From the NCBI GenBank assembly GCA_013265495.1, contig MU058781.1:4403050-4467049 (forward strand): DNA of 64,000 bases, read 5' to 3'. Source of the DNA: Vicugna vicugna. Lineage: Eukaryota. Shown piece by piece: positions 27,598 to 39,255 of the stretch. The position numbers and the translations under genes were made by a program. The notes beneath the pieces were generated by a model. It did no database searches and was not told where the DNA came from. It worked only from the letters and a program-made list of their open reading frames with translations. Positions within the stretch are counted from its first letter, which is position 1, and every line of letters begins with the position of its first letter.

Positions 27598-27737
27598 TTT
27601 TTTTTTTCAGTAGAAGCAGATTTATTTAGAGAGATGTTCATGGGGGTGGTGGGGGCAGTGGTCAAAGTAAAGGTAGATACACTCTTCACAGACACAGTGC
27701 GGGCGGTCTTGGGAGGCAAGGGAGAGAATGACCATGA
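27598..27737 (-). mobile_element. Retroposed, polyadenylated LTR/ERV-like fragment
   Basis: The minus strand reads ...CTCTAAATAAATCTGCTTCTACTG-A10; GC-rich island in AT-rich DNA; flanks tgaccaaaaatt / tgaccacagaatt. Confidence 0.6.
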
Positions 27738-29356
27738 TGACCACAGAATTTTTAATTAAGAAAATATTCTTTCTACGGGTGCTGAGATACTTGTAAATGA
27801 AGGAGTAATCCTGACAAACGGAAAATATCCTTAATTCTGATTTTTTTTCTTATTGAAATGTGTTATCACTTCAGTCCAAATTGTTTCACAGGTGCCATCC
27901 TTTTGTCATTCAGGGAAACTGTGGCAAATATTTTATGAGACAGAACTCATCAGGTAAGTTGTCTCTATTTATGATTTTTAAAAATGTTTTGCCAAATTTA
28001 GATGCTGCAAAATCACAGACCCTCACCATTTTACTCCATTCCAATACAGGATATGAACTCATGCAGTTATATATAAAAGCTCCATCAAAATATTTTTTCC
28101 CATCAGTAAGATATTTCAATGTATAATTATTTACTCCCTAATTTAAATTATTTAATTTCTTCAAATCCTTCTTCAATTTTGTAGGTACGAATTCTGTTTT
28201 CAATAATTACATTTTCCTATAAGTTTCCAGAGCTGAACTCTTTTGGCTCACCGTTCCTTGAATACTTGATTAAAGACTACCAACTGATTTTAAACAAAAT
28301 GCAAACAAAATTTAGAGGACTCATTTGTTAAAAAAAAAAAATTTTAAGTAAAAAGTCAGTATGTATTGTATTACACTTGAGTTGATTTACAAAGTAGCAC
28401 TTCAAAGGCTCAAACATTTCTAAAATCTAAGAACATGCAGAGAAGAAAAAAAAAGCACATACTGCCAGGCTGAGCACTTTTGAATTCAACATCATCTCTA
28501 TCACAAATATTTTGTAGCTCAGTTTCTCTGTGTATAAATAAAAATATTTATAATGTCTGTCAACTATGGCTTCTATTTTGTTGTTAGACTATCACAGCTT
28601 GTTTGGATGCAGTTTTGAACTATGAATGCACTACATCTAATTCCAAATACATTGCTGCTCCACGATTTCCTAATTTAGTAATAACACTGTTTTGCCCAGG
28701 ATGCTCTGTTCCACCCAAATCTGTATTTGTAGTACCACCACCATCTTCCTTGCTGAATTGTTTTTAGATGAAGTGATGAACTACAATAATATCAGATGTT
28801 ATATATCTTTGACAGAATGAACTTTCAAAAGCTTTACTTTGAGTCCATGAATTGGATTGGAAAAAAAAACCAAACCATTATTTAAATTAACTGGCTTTCT
28901 CTTGAAAAAGCTGACATAAATGGCATCATTTAACTGTTTGTGACATTCTTCTGCCAGTGGAGCCATACCACTAATAAATATCCCTTTACTTTTTTCATTC
29001 ACACACACACAAAAAAAAGAAATCAAAATTAAGCAAAATTAACTTGGAAAACTCATCATGTTACCTAACTGAAAAGTCATACTTCCCAGAGTAACATAAA
29101 AAGAGGACTACACGTGTGAAGTCGTCGTCACCAGACATATTTGTCTCAGAATAGTTATTACTAATTTTTAAAATAGATGGTGATGCTTTTTCATAAGAGT
29201 TTGTCCTCTGGGTTTACCTGCGGTCAGTGATATTACCACAGACCCCAGAGCATACAGCAAAGGTTAACAAGCATTTGTGCGAGTTTCACATTCATCAGGA
29301 TTCTTGAGCAAAGGATATTTAGTACTGAATTTTCTGTTAAACATGAACTTTTTTTT

Positions 29357-29377
29357 TTAAAGCTCAATGCTGCTAGG
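29357..29377 (-). CDS. Candidate coding part of the terminal exon (PSSIEL* in phase 0; one residue then TAG in phase 1)
   Basis: Directly after a strong acceptor: CCT AGC AGC ATT GAG CTT TAA; true phase unknown. Confidence 0.3.
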   Translation of the reverse strand, partial: PSSIEL

Positions 29378-29674
29378 CTTTAAAAAATAAGAATAAAACA
29401 AGAAAAAGACAGTATTACCACAAGATAAAAATATATAGATTTACACAAAGCAATAGATGACAAGCCACTGAGGCAGTAACTGCAAGAGCATTCAGACCAT
29501 TCTATCTACACTCCATGGTGGAGTCAACTCTGTTTCCAGCACACATTTCACATCCACCCAACCACACACATCTTACGCGTCCTTCTGACTGCAATGACTC
29601 TACGTCCTGGTGGCCCCAGGGTCTCGCCAGCGAGGCTTGTAGCCCAAGCTGCCAGCAGGGGCAGCAGCAGTTGA

Positions 29675-30016
29675 ATGTGGTCACCCTTCTGCATCCACAG
29701 GTTTTACATCCAAAATTCAACTAACCACTGATCAAAAATATTCAGGAAAAAAAAATCCAGAAACTTCCAAAAAGCAAAACTTGAATTTGCTGCACTCTGG
29801 TAAATATTTACATAGTATCTGCATTGAATTTGCAGTTACTTACATAGTATTTACATTGTACTAGGTAATCTAGAGATGATTTAAAGTATACAGGAGGATG
29901 TGTGTAGGTTATATGCAATCACTATCCCATTTTATGTAAAGAATTTGAGCATCTGCAGATTTTGGTATCTGGGGGTCCTGGAAACAATCCCCTGTAGATA
30001 CCAAGGGTTGGCTGTG
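29675..30016. mobile_element. Tigger3/MER2-type MITE
   Basis: aaacttccaaaaagcaaaacttgaatttgc ... taatctagagatgatttaaagtatacaggaggatgtgtgtaggttatatgcaa ... gcagattttggtatctgggggtcctggaaacaatcccctgtagataccaaggg. Confidence 0.85.
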
Positions 30017-30074
30017 ATTCCCCCAACCCTCACCAGTTAGACTAGAAGGAGTTAATAGTCCCTGGTCACTAGTG

Positions 30075-30228
30075 TCTGAGGGGATCAGGCTCTCCCTCAG
30101 ATCCCTCCAGAAGGAAGCAATCTTGCCAGCAAGACACCTTGCCTGGCCTCCAGAATTGTGAGAGGTTAAATTTCTGTCCTTTGAAGCCACTGACTGTGTG
30201 GTACTTGTTACAGTAGCCCTAGCACACC
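30075..30228 (+). mobile_element. MLT1B-like LTR, 3' part only
   Basis: ccctccagaaggaagcaatcttgcc ... ggcctccagaattgtgagaggttaaatttctgtcctttgaagccac ... tgtggtacttgttacagtagccctagca. Confidence 0.75.
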
Positions 30229-30929
30229 ACTGCCTTTGCTCCTCTAAGTCCTCAGATCCAGGCTTCATTTGCATGTGGAGAACCACATCTCTCTGGCTTG
30301 GCAAACTGACCCTTGCCATTTTTAAAACTTCTGAGCTGTTCTGGAACTGACCTAACACAGGAACAATTCATACACCTTCTCTCGTGGCACATACCACGTT
30401 ACTGTCCACTCATCCAAGAGGAGGCTGAAAGGATGTGATGTGGTGGTGAGGCTTACTTTTGATATGTCAAAGCCTATCAAGATAATTGCACAAAGCTATG
30501 GAGGCCGTCTTTAAATCCTGCAGCCCCATGGGGAGCCCACTTTCCATTAATACTTCAATAAAATGGCTTAGTCAGACATCCATGTATTTGTAAAATGTCC
30601 TGGGCTTACATTTTGCAGGTCATCTTTTAATCTAAATTCCCGTCTCCACTCTGGATGCTACCTTTCATTATTTCCTCAAAGCATACTTAATACCAAAGAG
30701 TAAAGTGAGGAAGAATTTACTGAAGGTTTGGGAAGAATGGAGAAAGTGTCTGCACAGCACAGAATAGGAAACAACTTGAAACGGAATCCTACACACCGTT
30801 CTTAAGAGGCCCTTGGACACCTTCTTGCTGTTCAGAAGGTCATGCCTGCCATCTTCCTCTCCTGGCTACTGGTCCACTCTCTTTCTAGTGCTCATCTTCC
30901 TCTGTGCTCCTTAGAGGCAATGCTTCTTA

Positions 30930-31860
30930 AGGACACACAGGCTTTTCAAGTAGCCTTCTGGGTCCAGATTCCACCTTTGATAGCTCCTCCTTGTGCGATC
31001 TTGTATGCATTTATGCATTTGTTTATTTATTATTATGAATTTATTGGAACCTTTATGTGCCTCAGTTTCTTCAGATGAAAAACAAGCATAATATTATTCA
31101 CCCATAAAAGGAAATAAGTATTGATACAGGCTACATCATGGATGGACCTCAAAAGCATTATGCTATGTAAAAGAAGCCAGACCCGAAAGTTTACAGATTG
31201 TATGATTTCATGCATAAGAAATGCCCAAGTAGGTAAATCCACAGAAACAGGAAGGAGACTGGGAGCTGCCAGGGGCTGGAGGAGAGGAATGAGCAGTAAC
31301 TGCTTACCAGGTATTATACATAGGTTGAGGTGTGTTCCCTCAAAAAGATATATTGAAGTCCTAACCCCAAGTACCTCAGAATATGACCTTATTTGGAAAG
31401 AGAGTTTTTATAGAAGTAATCAAGTTAAAGCAATGTTATTAGAGAGGGGCTAATCCCATATATGCCTGAGGTCCTCATAAAAAGGGGAAATTTGGACACA
31501 GAGACAGAGACGTCTCTGTGCCCAGCCAGAGAGATGCGATCCTCCACATGCAAATGAAAGGAAAGGCAACATGAAGACACACGGGAAGAATGCGTTTGAA
31601 GATGGAGACAAGGATTAGACTTGTGGAACTGGACGGAGGCAGCGGCTGCACAACACTGTGAGTGGACTGAGTGTCACTGAATTGTTCACTTTAAAATGCT
31701 TAATTTTATGGTATGTGAATTTCACCTCCACACACACACACACACAAGTACAGTAACACCTATCATGGGTGTGAACAGTCAATGAGTCAACACATAAGAA
31801 GCATTTAGAACAGTCCCTGAGACATAGTAATCACTCAGTAAAGGTTAGATAATATACTAT
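30930..31860 (+). mobile_element. Nested cluster: MIR (30930-31095, 31750-31860) > L1M 3' end (31095-31311, 31620-31730) > MLT1B-like 5' part (31312-31615)
   Basis: MIR gtgcctcagtttcttcagatgaaaa; L1 catggatggacctcaaaagcattatgctatgtaaaagaagccagac and cactgaattgttcactttaaaa; MLT1 gtgttccctcaaaaagatatattgaagtcctaacccc ... gaccttatttggaaa. Confidence 0.85.
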
Positions 31861-33384
31861 TTTCAATAGTCTCTCTCCAAACTCCCCACCTCTTACCATC
31901 AAATAATGAGCAGCAGCTAATCCCCCAAACCTGTTTTCTCTTTACGCAGAGCATTTGTGCCCTCTCCTACCAGACCAAGCTGTGTGAGTACTGAGTCTGA
32001 TCTGTCTTCTCTCTGCACACAGCCTGACCCATCAGGTCATTTTCCCCAGAGTTTCTCACCCACAAGATGAATGGCACCTCCCACCCACCTACCACCCCTA
32101 CCACCAAGTATTCAAAACTTAGCAGCAAACAAATGTATGCAAATGATAATTATTTCCATCCCACTAAGAGGCTACATATAAAAATGGACTCATTTCTCCA
32201 CTACCTAAGGTCAAGCATTTTTCAGTCGTCCCTCTCGGGGGTGCGGGTGGCCCATGAGGAGGGATGACTTATGGGACCCATGCAGACTCTCTCCACCTGC
32301 TGCTAACCAGCGTTTCTGTAGCCTGTGATGGCAGAAGGTGGGTTACTTGCACGGAAATCAGATATCTAACCCAGGGCTCTGGGTTCCAAATCAAATGGGT
32401 TTACTGTCCTGTACTCAGCTCATTCCAAGAGAAGAAAGCCCTAGTGGGTGCGTTATCAATTTATTAAAATAGTGCAAGACCCAGAAGAACCAAGAATTAA
32501 GGTCTTAATTTCAGGGGATAAAGAAACCAGCAGAAAATTACTTGCCGGCTTTAAAGGCCTCTTGCTTTTCGCCCCATCCCGCAGAATTACAGAATAGAAA
32601 GACAGAAAGCTCTGCTAAGTATTGAGAAACCAGGGTTTGAGAGATCTGATGCTTTGTGCAAGTGGGAAATCGATCATGGGAGGAAAGGAAAGGAAAAAAT
32701 TGTGCAAGCGAACCCAACCAATGAAAGAAAAAATTCAAGGAGACACATAAGACCACAGCAGCCGATTTGAATCAAGCATGCCATAGATTTGGGGCAGGCT
32801 CTTTTGAAAACAGATGCCTCAGATTACATTTCACAGAATTGCTGTTAATGCCCTACAACTTGTCATAACATGCCGCATCTTCAGGAAGGCCCTTTTTTAG
32901 TATTAATATTTTATTGTTTTTATAGTATGCACCCTAGGAGAGAGTATGTAAGAGTGTAAATGTATCAGCCAGGCAACCAGGTGGCGAGGCAAAGCACTGG
33001 TTTGAACGATTCTATTACAAGCTAGATACATATTTATGCCTGCGATGCTTTCTTCCTCATAAATATTTTCTCCCGTGTCTCCATGGTCTCCCCTACCCAT
33101 CTAGGGATCAGTTAACCCCACAATCAAACACTACTGGGCGAGCCATGGAAACAGACAGCTGTTTCTCAAACAACTGCAAAAAGAGGAAAAATACATTAAA
33201 TGTGCAATTCTCATCACAGTAGTAACTGATTGCTAGGAAAGGATGTCCCTTCCCTTTCGTCTGTCGAGGTTATCAGTCAAATCAAGGCTACAAGTAGAAA
33301 AAGAAAAAAAAGAGTTCTTACTATAGGATGGAGCAAATGAGAAATTTTATGAGTCAAACAAATAATGGTGGTGTTAAGAATAAC

Positions 33385-33620
33385 TATTAAAATAATTGCA
33401 GTCGACATTTGCAGAGCACACAGGACAGGCTATGCGCTGAATGGTCTATATGATTTATCTCATTTAATCCTTCCAGCCACCCTAAGGGGCTAAATGTTAT
33501 TATACCCATTTCACAGACGAATCAACTGAGACCACTGCCAAATTCATAAGCTCTTAAGTGGAGCTAGCCCTCCGATTTAGGTTTATCTGATTCCAAAATC
33601 CACAGTGATAATTACAATGC
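33385..33620 (-). mobile_element. MIR SINE
   Basis: tttatctcatttaatccttccagccaccct ... ttatacccatttcacagacgaatcaactgag. Confidence 0.75.
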
Positions 33621-35254
33621 TCTCTGCCAAAATGAAAGTTTCCACAAGCCCAAGGAAAACGCTACCAGTTCTCTCCAGGGGATTCTTATTCTTTTTGTTA
33701 AAGGATGCAATTTTTTAGCATAAATAATCTGTAGATTCCATGGGTGGCATTCCCACTGTGGCCAGGTCTGCTTTTCTGACACTAAGAGAGGTCATTTTGT
33801 TTTTGCTACCCAAGGTAAGCAAAGAACACTTGGTCTCTGAGATTAAAAAAAAAAAAATAGCCAACAGATATAAACAGGTGAGTACAGCTATTGAGAAGAC
33901 AAACAATAAAAGCGGAGCCCCTGAATGGAAATATGACTGCCCTGCAGTCAAGACATAATTGCTAGAAAGTTAAAGAGAAGATAAAGAGGAGGCAGGAGAA
34001 AGGGCGGGGGCGGCGGTGGGGTGCGGAAGACAAGAGACCCACTCAAAGCACAAGACAAAGGCAGAGAAAAGTAAACGCTTTTCCTGGATAATTAAAACTG
34101 GGATCTTACAAGATACAAAGTTAGACACTGGGTGAGTTACACATTTCTAATTCCTCTACTGAAGCACCATGGGCTAGAGACAGCCTCCCAGGTATTAATG
34201 AAAAGGCCTCAGCGTGGTGCTCTAAATTCACCGCAGTGTGCCAAGCCTAACAAAACAAGCTCGGAAAACCCGCAAAAATGGCAACGTCGATTCCTTTGAT
34301 CAGTTGATTTTTCCTAACAACAACCGTTCTCAAGCTGACCCCCCCCACCATCCCGCACACACACAGACATGCACGCGCATGTGCATGCACGTACAATTCT
34401 AAGAGTAGTGTCTGGATGGGTTGCTCTGCCTTTGAAATGTGTTTCATTATTCTTTAGTGAAATTTAAGGCATGTCATCATCCTGCTGGCAAACTGGGGCC
34501 TAATGACCTGCCACACTTAGCAAGAACAAGCCATTCAAATCCTTAGACAATGGAGGTGCAGCCTAAGACAATAGAATTCCACTTCCTCTTTGGGCAGCTT
34601 TTGTTTCATGCCATTTCTTCTAAGTGGGGAAAGAACAGGAGTGTTAAAGGCCAGCCACGCTTAACACTTGGAAGTAGGCAACTCGCTGTTTCCTGGGCTG
34701 CCTCCTCCTTACTCAGAATCTTCATGTCTCTGTATTTTCCACTTTCAAAACCTCTCCAATGTCTAAGGCCGGCTCAGGTCCTGCTGGTGGGGGTATAAAT
34801 TAGTACCATCTTTGTAGCAAGCAACTTGGCAGTATGTGTCCAAAACCTCAAGAATGCCTTTTTTTCTGTGAACCACACAAAAATACAATCCATACAAAAA
34901 AATGTATGCACAAAAAATGTTACAGAATCCTCTAAACCAGAGAGGGAAAATAGAGTGCCCAATATGGGAGAAAGCTTGGTAAATAACGACCCACCCATTA
35001 ATGTAAGGATATTTTTATCAGTAAAATGACTATGATATAATAAAAGTTAAAAATAGTTATACATTTATTTACAGTACAAACTTAGCTATACAAAATACCA
35101 CCCACAGAATGAGGAGGAACGCCAAGTGTTGTTACGTCTAGATGGTGGGATTGAGATTATAAATAAAATAATAAAGGAAATAATCTCTTTTCTCTCAGCT
35201 ATGTTTTCCTTTATTGTCCAAGTTTCCTGCAATGAGTATTAACGTCTTAAAGGC

Positions 35255-35975
35255 CGGAAAGCACAGTGGTTAAGAGAGGTCTCAAGTCAGAAAATCTGGG
35301 TTCACAGCCCAGGTCCACCACCCATGGGGCTGCATGACTTTAAGCAGATTATTTAATTTCCCTGAACTTCAGTTTCCTCATTAATAAAATGAGGATAATT
35401 TTATTGTTGTGAGAATCAAATGAATTAATATACAGATGTACCTCATTTATTGCACTTTGCTTTATTGTTCTTCGTAAATATTGTGCTTTATTTTTAAGTG
35501 AAAGTTTGTGGCAATCCTGTGTCTAGAAGTCTGTTGGTGACATTTTTCCAAAAGCAGTTTCTCACTCTAAGTCTCTGTATCAAATTTTGGTAATTCACAC
35601 AGTATTTCAAACTTTTTCATTAGTATTATACTTGTGATGGTGATCTGTGATCAGTGATTTTTGATGTGACTATTGCAAAAAGTTAACGACTTGCTCAAGG
35701 CTCAGACGACGAGTAGCATTTTTTAGCAAAAGCATTTTTTAATTAAGGAATGCACATTGTTTTTACAGACATAATGCAATGGCACACTTAATAGACTATA
35801 GTATAGTGTAAACATAACTTTTATGTGCACTGGGAAACCAAAAAAAAAAAAGTGTGATTCAGTTTATTGCTGTGGTCTGGAACTGAACCCACAATATCTC
35901 CAGGGTATGCCTGTCTGTAAGGCGCTTGAAATGTGGCACAGAGTAAGTGCTTAGTAAATATTACCCATATTATTA
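35255..35975 (+). mobile_element. MIR interrupted by a Tigger1-derived element
   Basis: MIR 5' part ctgggttcacagcccagg ... cttcagtttcctcattaataaaatgaggataat; the MIR tail resumes at 35914 (gtggcacagagtaagtgcttagtaaatatt). Confidence 0.75.
35433..35913 (+). mobile_element. Tigger1-derived internal-deletion element, ~481 bp
   Basis: ta|cagatgtacctcatttattgcac ... aagtttgtggcaatcctg ... tttattgctgtggtctggaactgaacccacaatatctccagggtatgcctg; both Tigger1 ends present. Confidence 0.9.
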
Positions 35976-36190
35976 TTAAACATTTATTGAGTGCTTGTTG
36001 TGTGCCAGGTTGAATGTTAAGCACTGTGGATAAAAAGATGACTACGACTGATTCCTTGTTCTTGAGAAGGGAAAGCAGACATGTAAACACGCTCATAGTT
36101 CAGTGGTTAAGTTCTGAAAGGAAGGGAGATAACAAGATACTGTGGGAGCAAAGAAGAGAGAGTCCCTACTCCGCCAGGCAAGAATTTCCA
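35975..36190 (-). mobile_element. L2 3' end
   Basis: aaacatttattgagtgcttgttgtgtgccagg, the reverse of the L2 tail. Confidence 0.7.
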
Positions 36191-37039
36191 CTATCACTGG
36201 AATTATAATTCCTCAAGTAATTTCAGATTCTTTTGTTACTTCATCTTTATCTATTTTAGGCAACTCAGTGGGGAGTGAGTGCCTGTAGGGTAGCTGGTAT
36301 CTTCAGTCTGAGGAGCATTTGAGAGTTTCCAGTCATCTACACCACTCCAGTTCACTCTCACGTGACACCCACAAGCTTGGCTACTTTTTGGCAAGGCTCC
36401 GAGAAATGACACGGGCTGACAAAGCCCCCTCAGCTAATGAGAGACAGGGAAGAGACACAACACAGACTCACAGAAGAGATACAGGCTCAGGTGCTGAGGG
36501 GAGAATCTGATGTTATACCAGAGATGTTGCAGAAAGGACTTCTCTGTGAGTAGTGGCTCGTGTTTTCACTCATAACGTTCACAGTTTCTACTGCAATGTG
36601 AGAGCGGACTCACAGGAGGAAGAAGGAGGAGAAACTGAAGCTCTGAGAAGGAGACTTTGAGCCAGCCAACCTCATGGTTGTCTGCACAGCGAAGTCAGGA
36701 TCTGAAATGCATGCTCTGTAAAGATCCCTGCCTGACAAGGAAGTCTCCCAAACTACAATGGGAGCAAAGGTTTCTGGTGCACCAGTGAGTGGCAGAAGCT
36801 GGGGAAGGCCAAGCGTTGGGGAACCTCTAGCGAGAGGTTTGGACAAGCTGCCACCAAGATCTCAGACTTTTTATAGAAATTCTAGAATCAGACACAGACT
36901 ACTTGTTGACCCAGGGATCACTGACCCTATACTTCCTCATGCCTGCTAAGTTAATTTAGGCTTATATCTGCTGGCTGCCTCTGAGCCTACCATCCGTCCA
37001 TAAGAGTATCTTTTATCTACCCAGCAACTGAGAAGCGGA

Positions 37040-37275
37040 GTAATCTGAAGAAGATAACGATGAACTTGGAAGCCAATGACCTGAGATCAAACCTGGTGGA
37101 GCTATTCATTAGTTGAATTACTTTGGCAAGAGACTCTCACATCTGTGGGCCTTTCCTTCTTCTCTTATAATATTGAAATAATAATATCCACCTCTTAAAG
37201 TTGTTGGGAGATGAAATGAAATATATCCTATGTTTTTGAAACACTTAGCAAGCTGGGTTGGCTCACAAATACTAC
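37040..37275 (+). mobile_element. MIR SINE
   Basis: ttactttggcaagagactctcacatctgtgggcctttcc ... gttgttgggagatgaaatgaaatat. Confidence 0.65.
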
Positions 37276-38378
37276 TTATTCTTCTGTAAAAGGGAACGAA
37301 TTCTTGGTGACCCTCAACCACACCATCAGCATCTTAGGTCAATGTGTCAAGAATCACACGGCCCTGACTACTCAGCATGCATGCCGGTCAGCTGACCAAC
37401 AGAGACATTTCCCACTGCTACTGGAGCCATCATGCTGAAGAGTTCCCTTTTTATCCAACTAACATGGCCTTCACCCAACTGGGTGGATTGATCTACTGTT
37501 TTGAACATCGAGGTCAATAGTCTTCATTGTTGTCATCGGAAATTGAGAGCTGCTTCAGGATAAAAATAAATCTCTCTCCAGACCCACATTTCTGTATGGA
37601 ATCTGTGATGCTATGAATTGCTCTCGATCAACACATTTTCCCATCACCAAAACGGTCCTCCTTCCTACAGTAACAGCCACACAGACGCTCAGCAATTTCA
37701 CCAACCGTAACTCCACACAGCGATTGTCATGAATGATGAAATATGATCCACAAATTACAGTTCTGGTGTTTCATTTTAAGGGAAATTAAGGAAAATGACT
37801 GAATTGAGCTGTATGGCATTTTTCAGTAGAATCATTTAAAAGGAGTGGGTAAAGGAGAATTCAATGCTGATGACTAAAAAAAAAAGAAAAAAAGGCACAA
37901 ATAATGTTGCCAATTTACAGCCCATCAGCATAACTCATCTTTGCCTCCTGTCCTGAACAGTTGCGCCATGTTGTTGTACATGGTTAAACAGCTGCTATGT
38001 ATTTCTGGCATCTTTATGTTAGTACTGGATAAATTGACCTAGAATTTTTCAAAATTATTTTATATGTAAAGGTGTGAAAAAAGAAAAGACATGAAATCTT
38101 TATCAAACAATTTCACGCTGTGCTTTCTTTATAAGTTAGGTCACTGACAACAGTATCTTTGGGACTTGAGTAATGAGCTAAACTGCTCTGGCAGGTACAG
38201 GATGTTTCTTGTCTTCCATCACATCTACTTTACAGTGAACTGCCTCGTGACAAAGTTCAGGGTTCTCAGAAATCTCGTTAGAAATAAAGGTGCTTTCCTA
38301 CTTCAAGTACCTTATATTGATAACAACAGTCCTTTGATAACTGCTATCTTATTTTCTGCCTTCAGGTTCCAAGCTTAC

Positions 38379-38443
38379 GGTTCTTCCATCGCTCCCATAG
38401 AGCTGGCAGCAAAGCGGAATTCCATGCAGCCTCTTTTATTTTC
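38379..38443 (-). CDS. Candidate internal exon, 65 nt (KIKEAAWNSALLPALWERWKN or ENKRGCMEFRFAASSMGAMEE, depending on phase)
   Basis: CCACAG|GAAAAT ... GAACC|GTAAGC; two open frames; retains CpGs; unique sequence; protein not recognised. Confidence 0.3.
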
Positions 38444-39123
38444 CTGTGGATACCATTATAAAATCAGAGGTGCATTCCTATGGGAATAATTTGGTCCTGA
38501 AATGTAATTAGAAGCACACTTAGGAATGCAACATGTACTTTAAGAACATGTTTAAATGAGCAAAGATAACCTGTGTTAAATAACAATCAAAATAGCCACA
38601 CACTGAGGGGAAAGCACGGGACTTAGGTTTGAATATGAGCCCCAACACTCACCAGCCATGTGACTTCAGGCAAGTCATCTACCCTCACAGAGTGGTTTTT
38701 CTTTTTTCTTTTTTTTTAACTAGATGAAGAATACTTACTTTGTGGGGTTATTACAAGGATACAGGGGTACAGTAACATAATATCTGATATACAATACGGG
38801 TTTGCAAGTATTACTCGAATTGGATGAATGACTGAAAATGAGCTACAAATGTAAATGCTGAAACTGCCATCACCTGGCAGTTTGCTACATGAAGTGGCAG
38901 CACTGATAAGAAACCAAAATTGATTTCGTTTCTAAATATTTTTCAAGTCAAGCCTCACATTGTCCATATTTTTAAAATCTTGATTGACTTTTTTTTCAAA
39001 TTACACATGCAATACAAAACTGGACAAAATAAAACATTTCAGAAAAACATGATACTAATAGTAAAAGCTACTCATAATTAATGAATCCGTAATTTTGGAG
39101 CCGGGATTCAAACCCAGGTCCAG

Positions 39124-39255
39124 TTAGAGTGACTATCCATCCTGCTTTGCCTGAAACTCTGTCATTTTATGCCTCTCATCCTGGAATAATTATTAATGGT
39201 GTCCCTTTCATGTTAAAATTGTCTCAGGATGGATGAGATGTGTTCCCTTGACCCG
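39124..39255. mobile_element. MER94-like hAT-Blackjack MITE
   Basis: tagagtgactatccatcctgctttgcctg ... tcctggaataattattaatggtgtccctttca. Confidence 0.6.

Larger units (their letters stand above)
27205..29377 (-). other. Putative terminal exon / 3'UTR of an unidentified minus-strand gene
   Basis: ~2.2 kb AT-rich, nearly repeat-free and U-rich on the minus strand. It is bounded by acceptor TGTTTTATTCTTATTTTTTAAAG|CCTAG at 29377 and AATAAA at 27229-27234 followed by a U-rich tract. Confidence 0.5.

Noticed and set aside
28799..29026. ORF GIFISGMAPLAEECHKQ... as a coding exon
   Set aside because: The preceding AG lacks an adjacent polypyrimidine tract, and the ORF sits inside the putative 3'UTR
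25731..34393. Alternating purine-pyrimidine tracts (25731-25763, 34354-34393) and G-runs (~34001-34023) as Z-DNA or G4 elements
   Set aside because: Common simple repeats with no evidence of function
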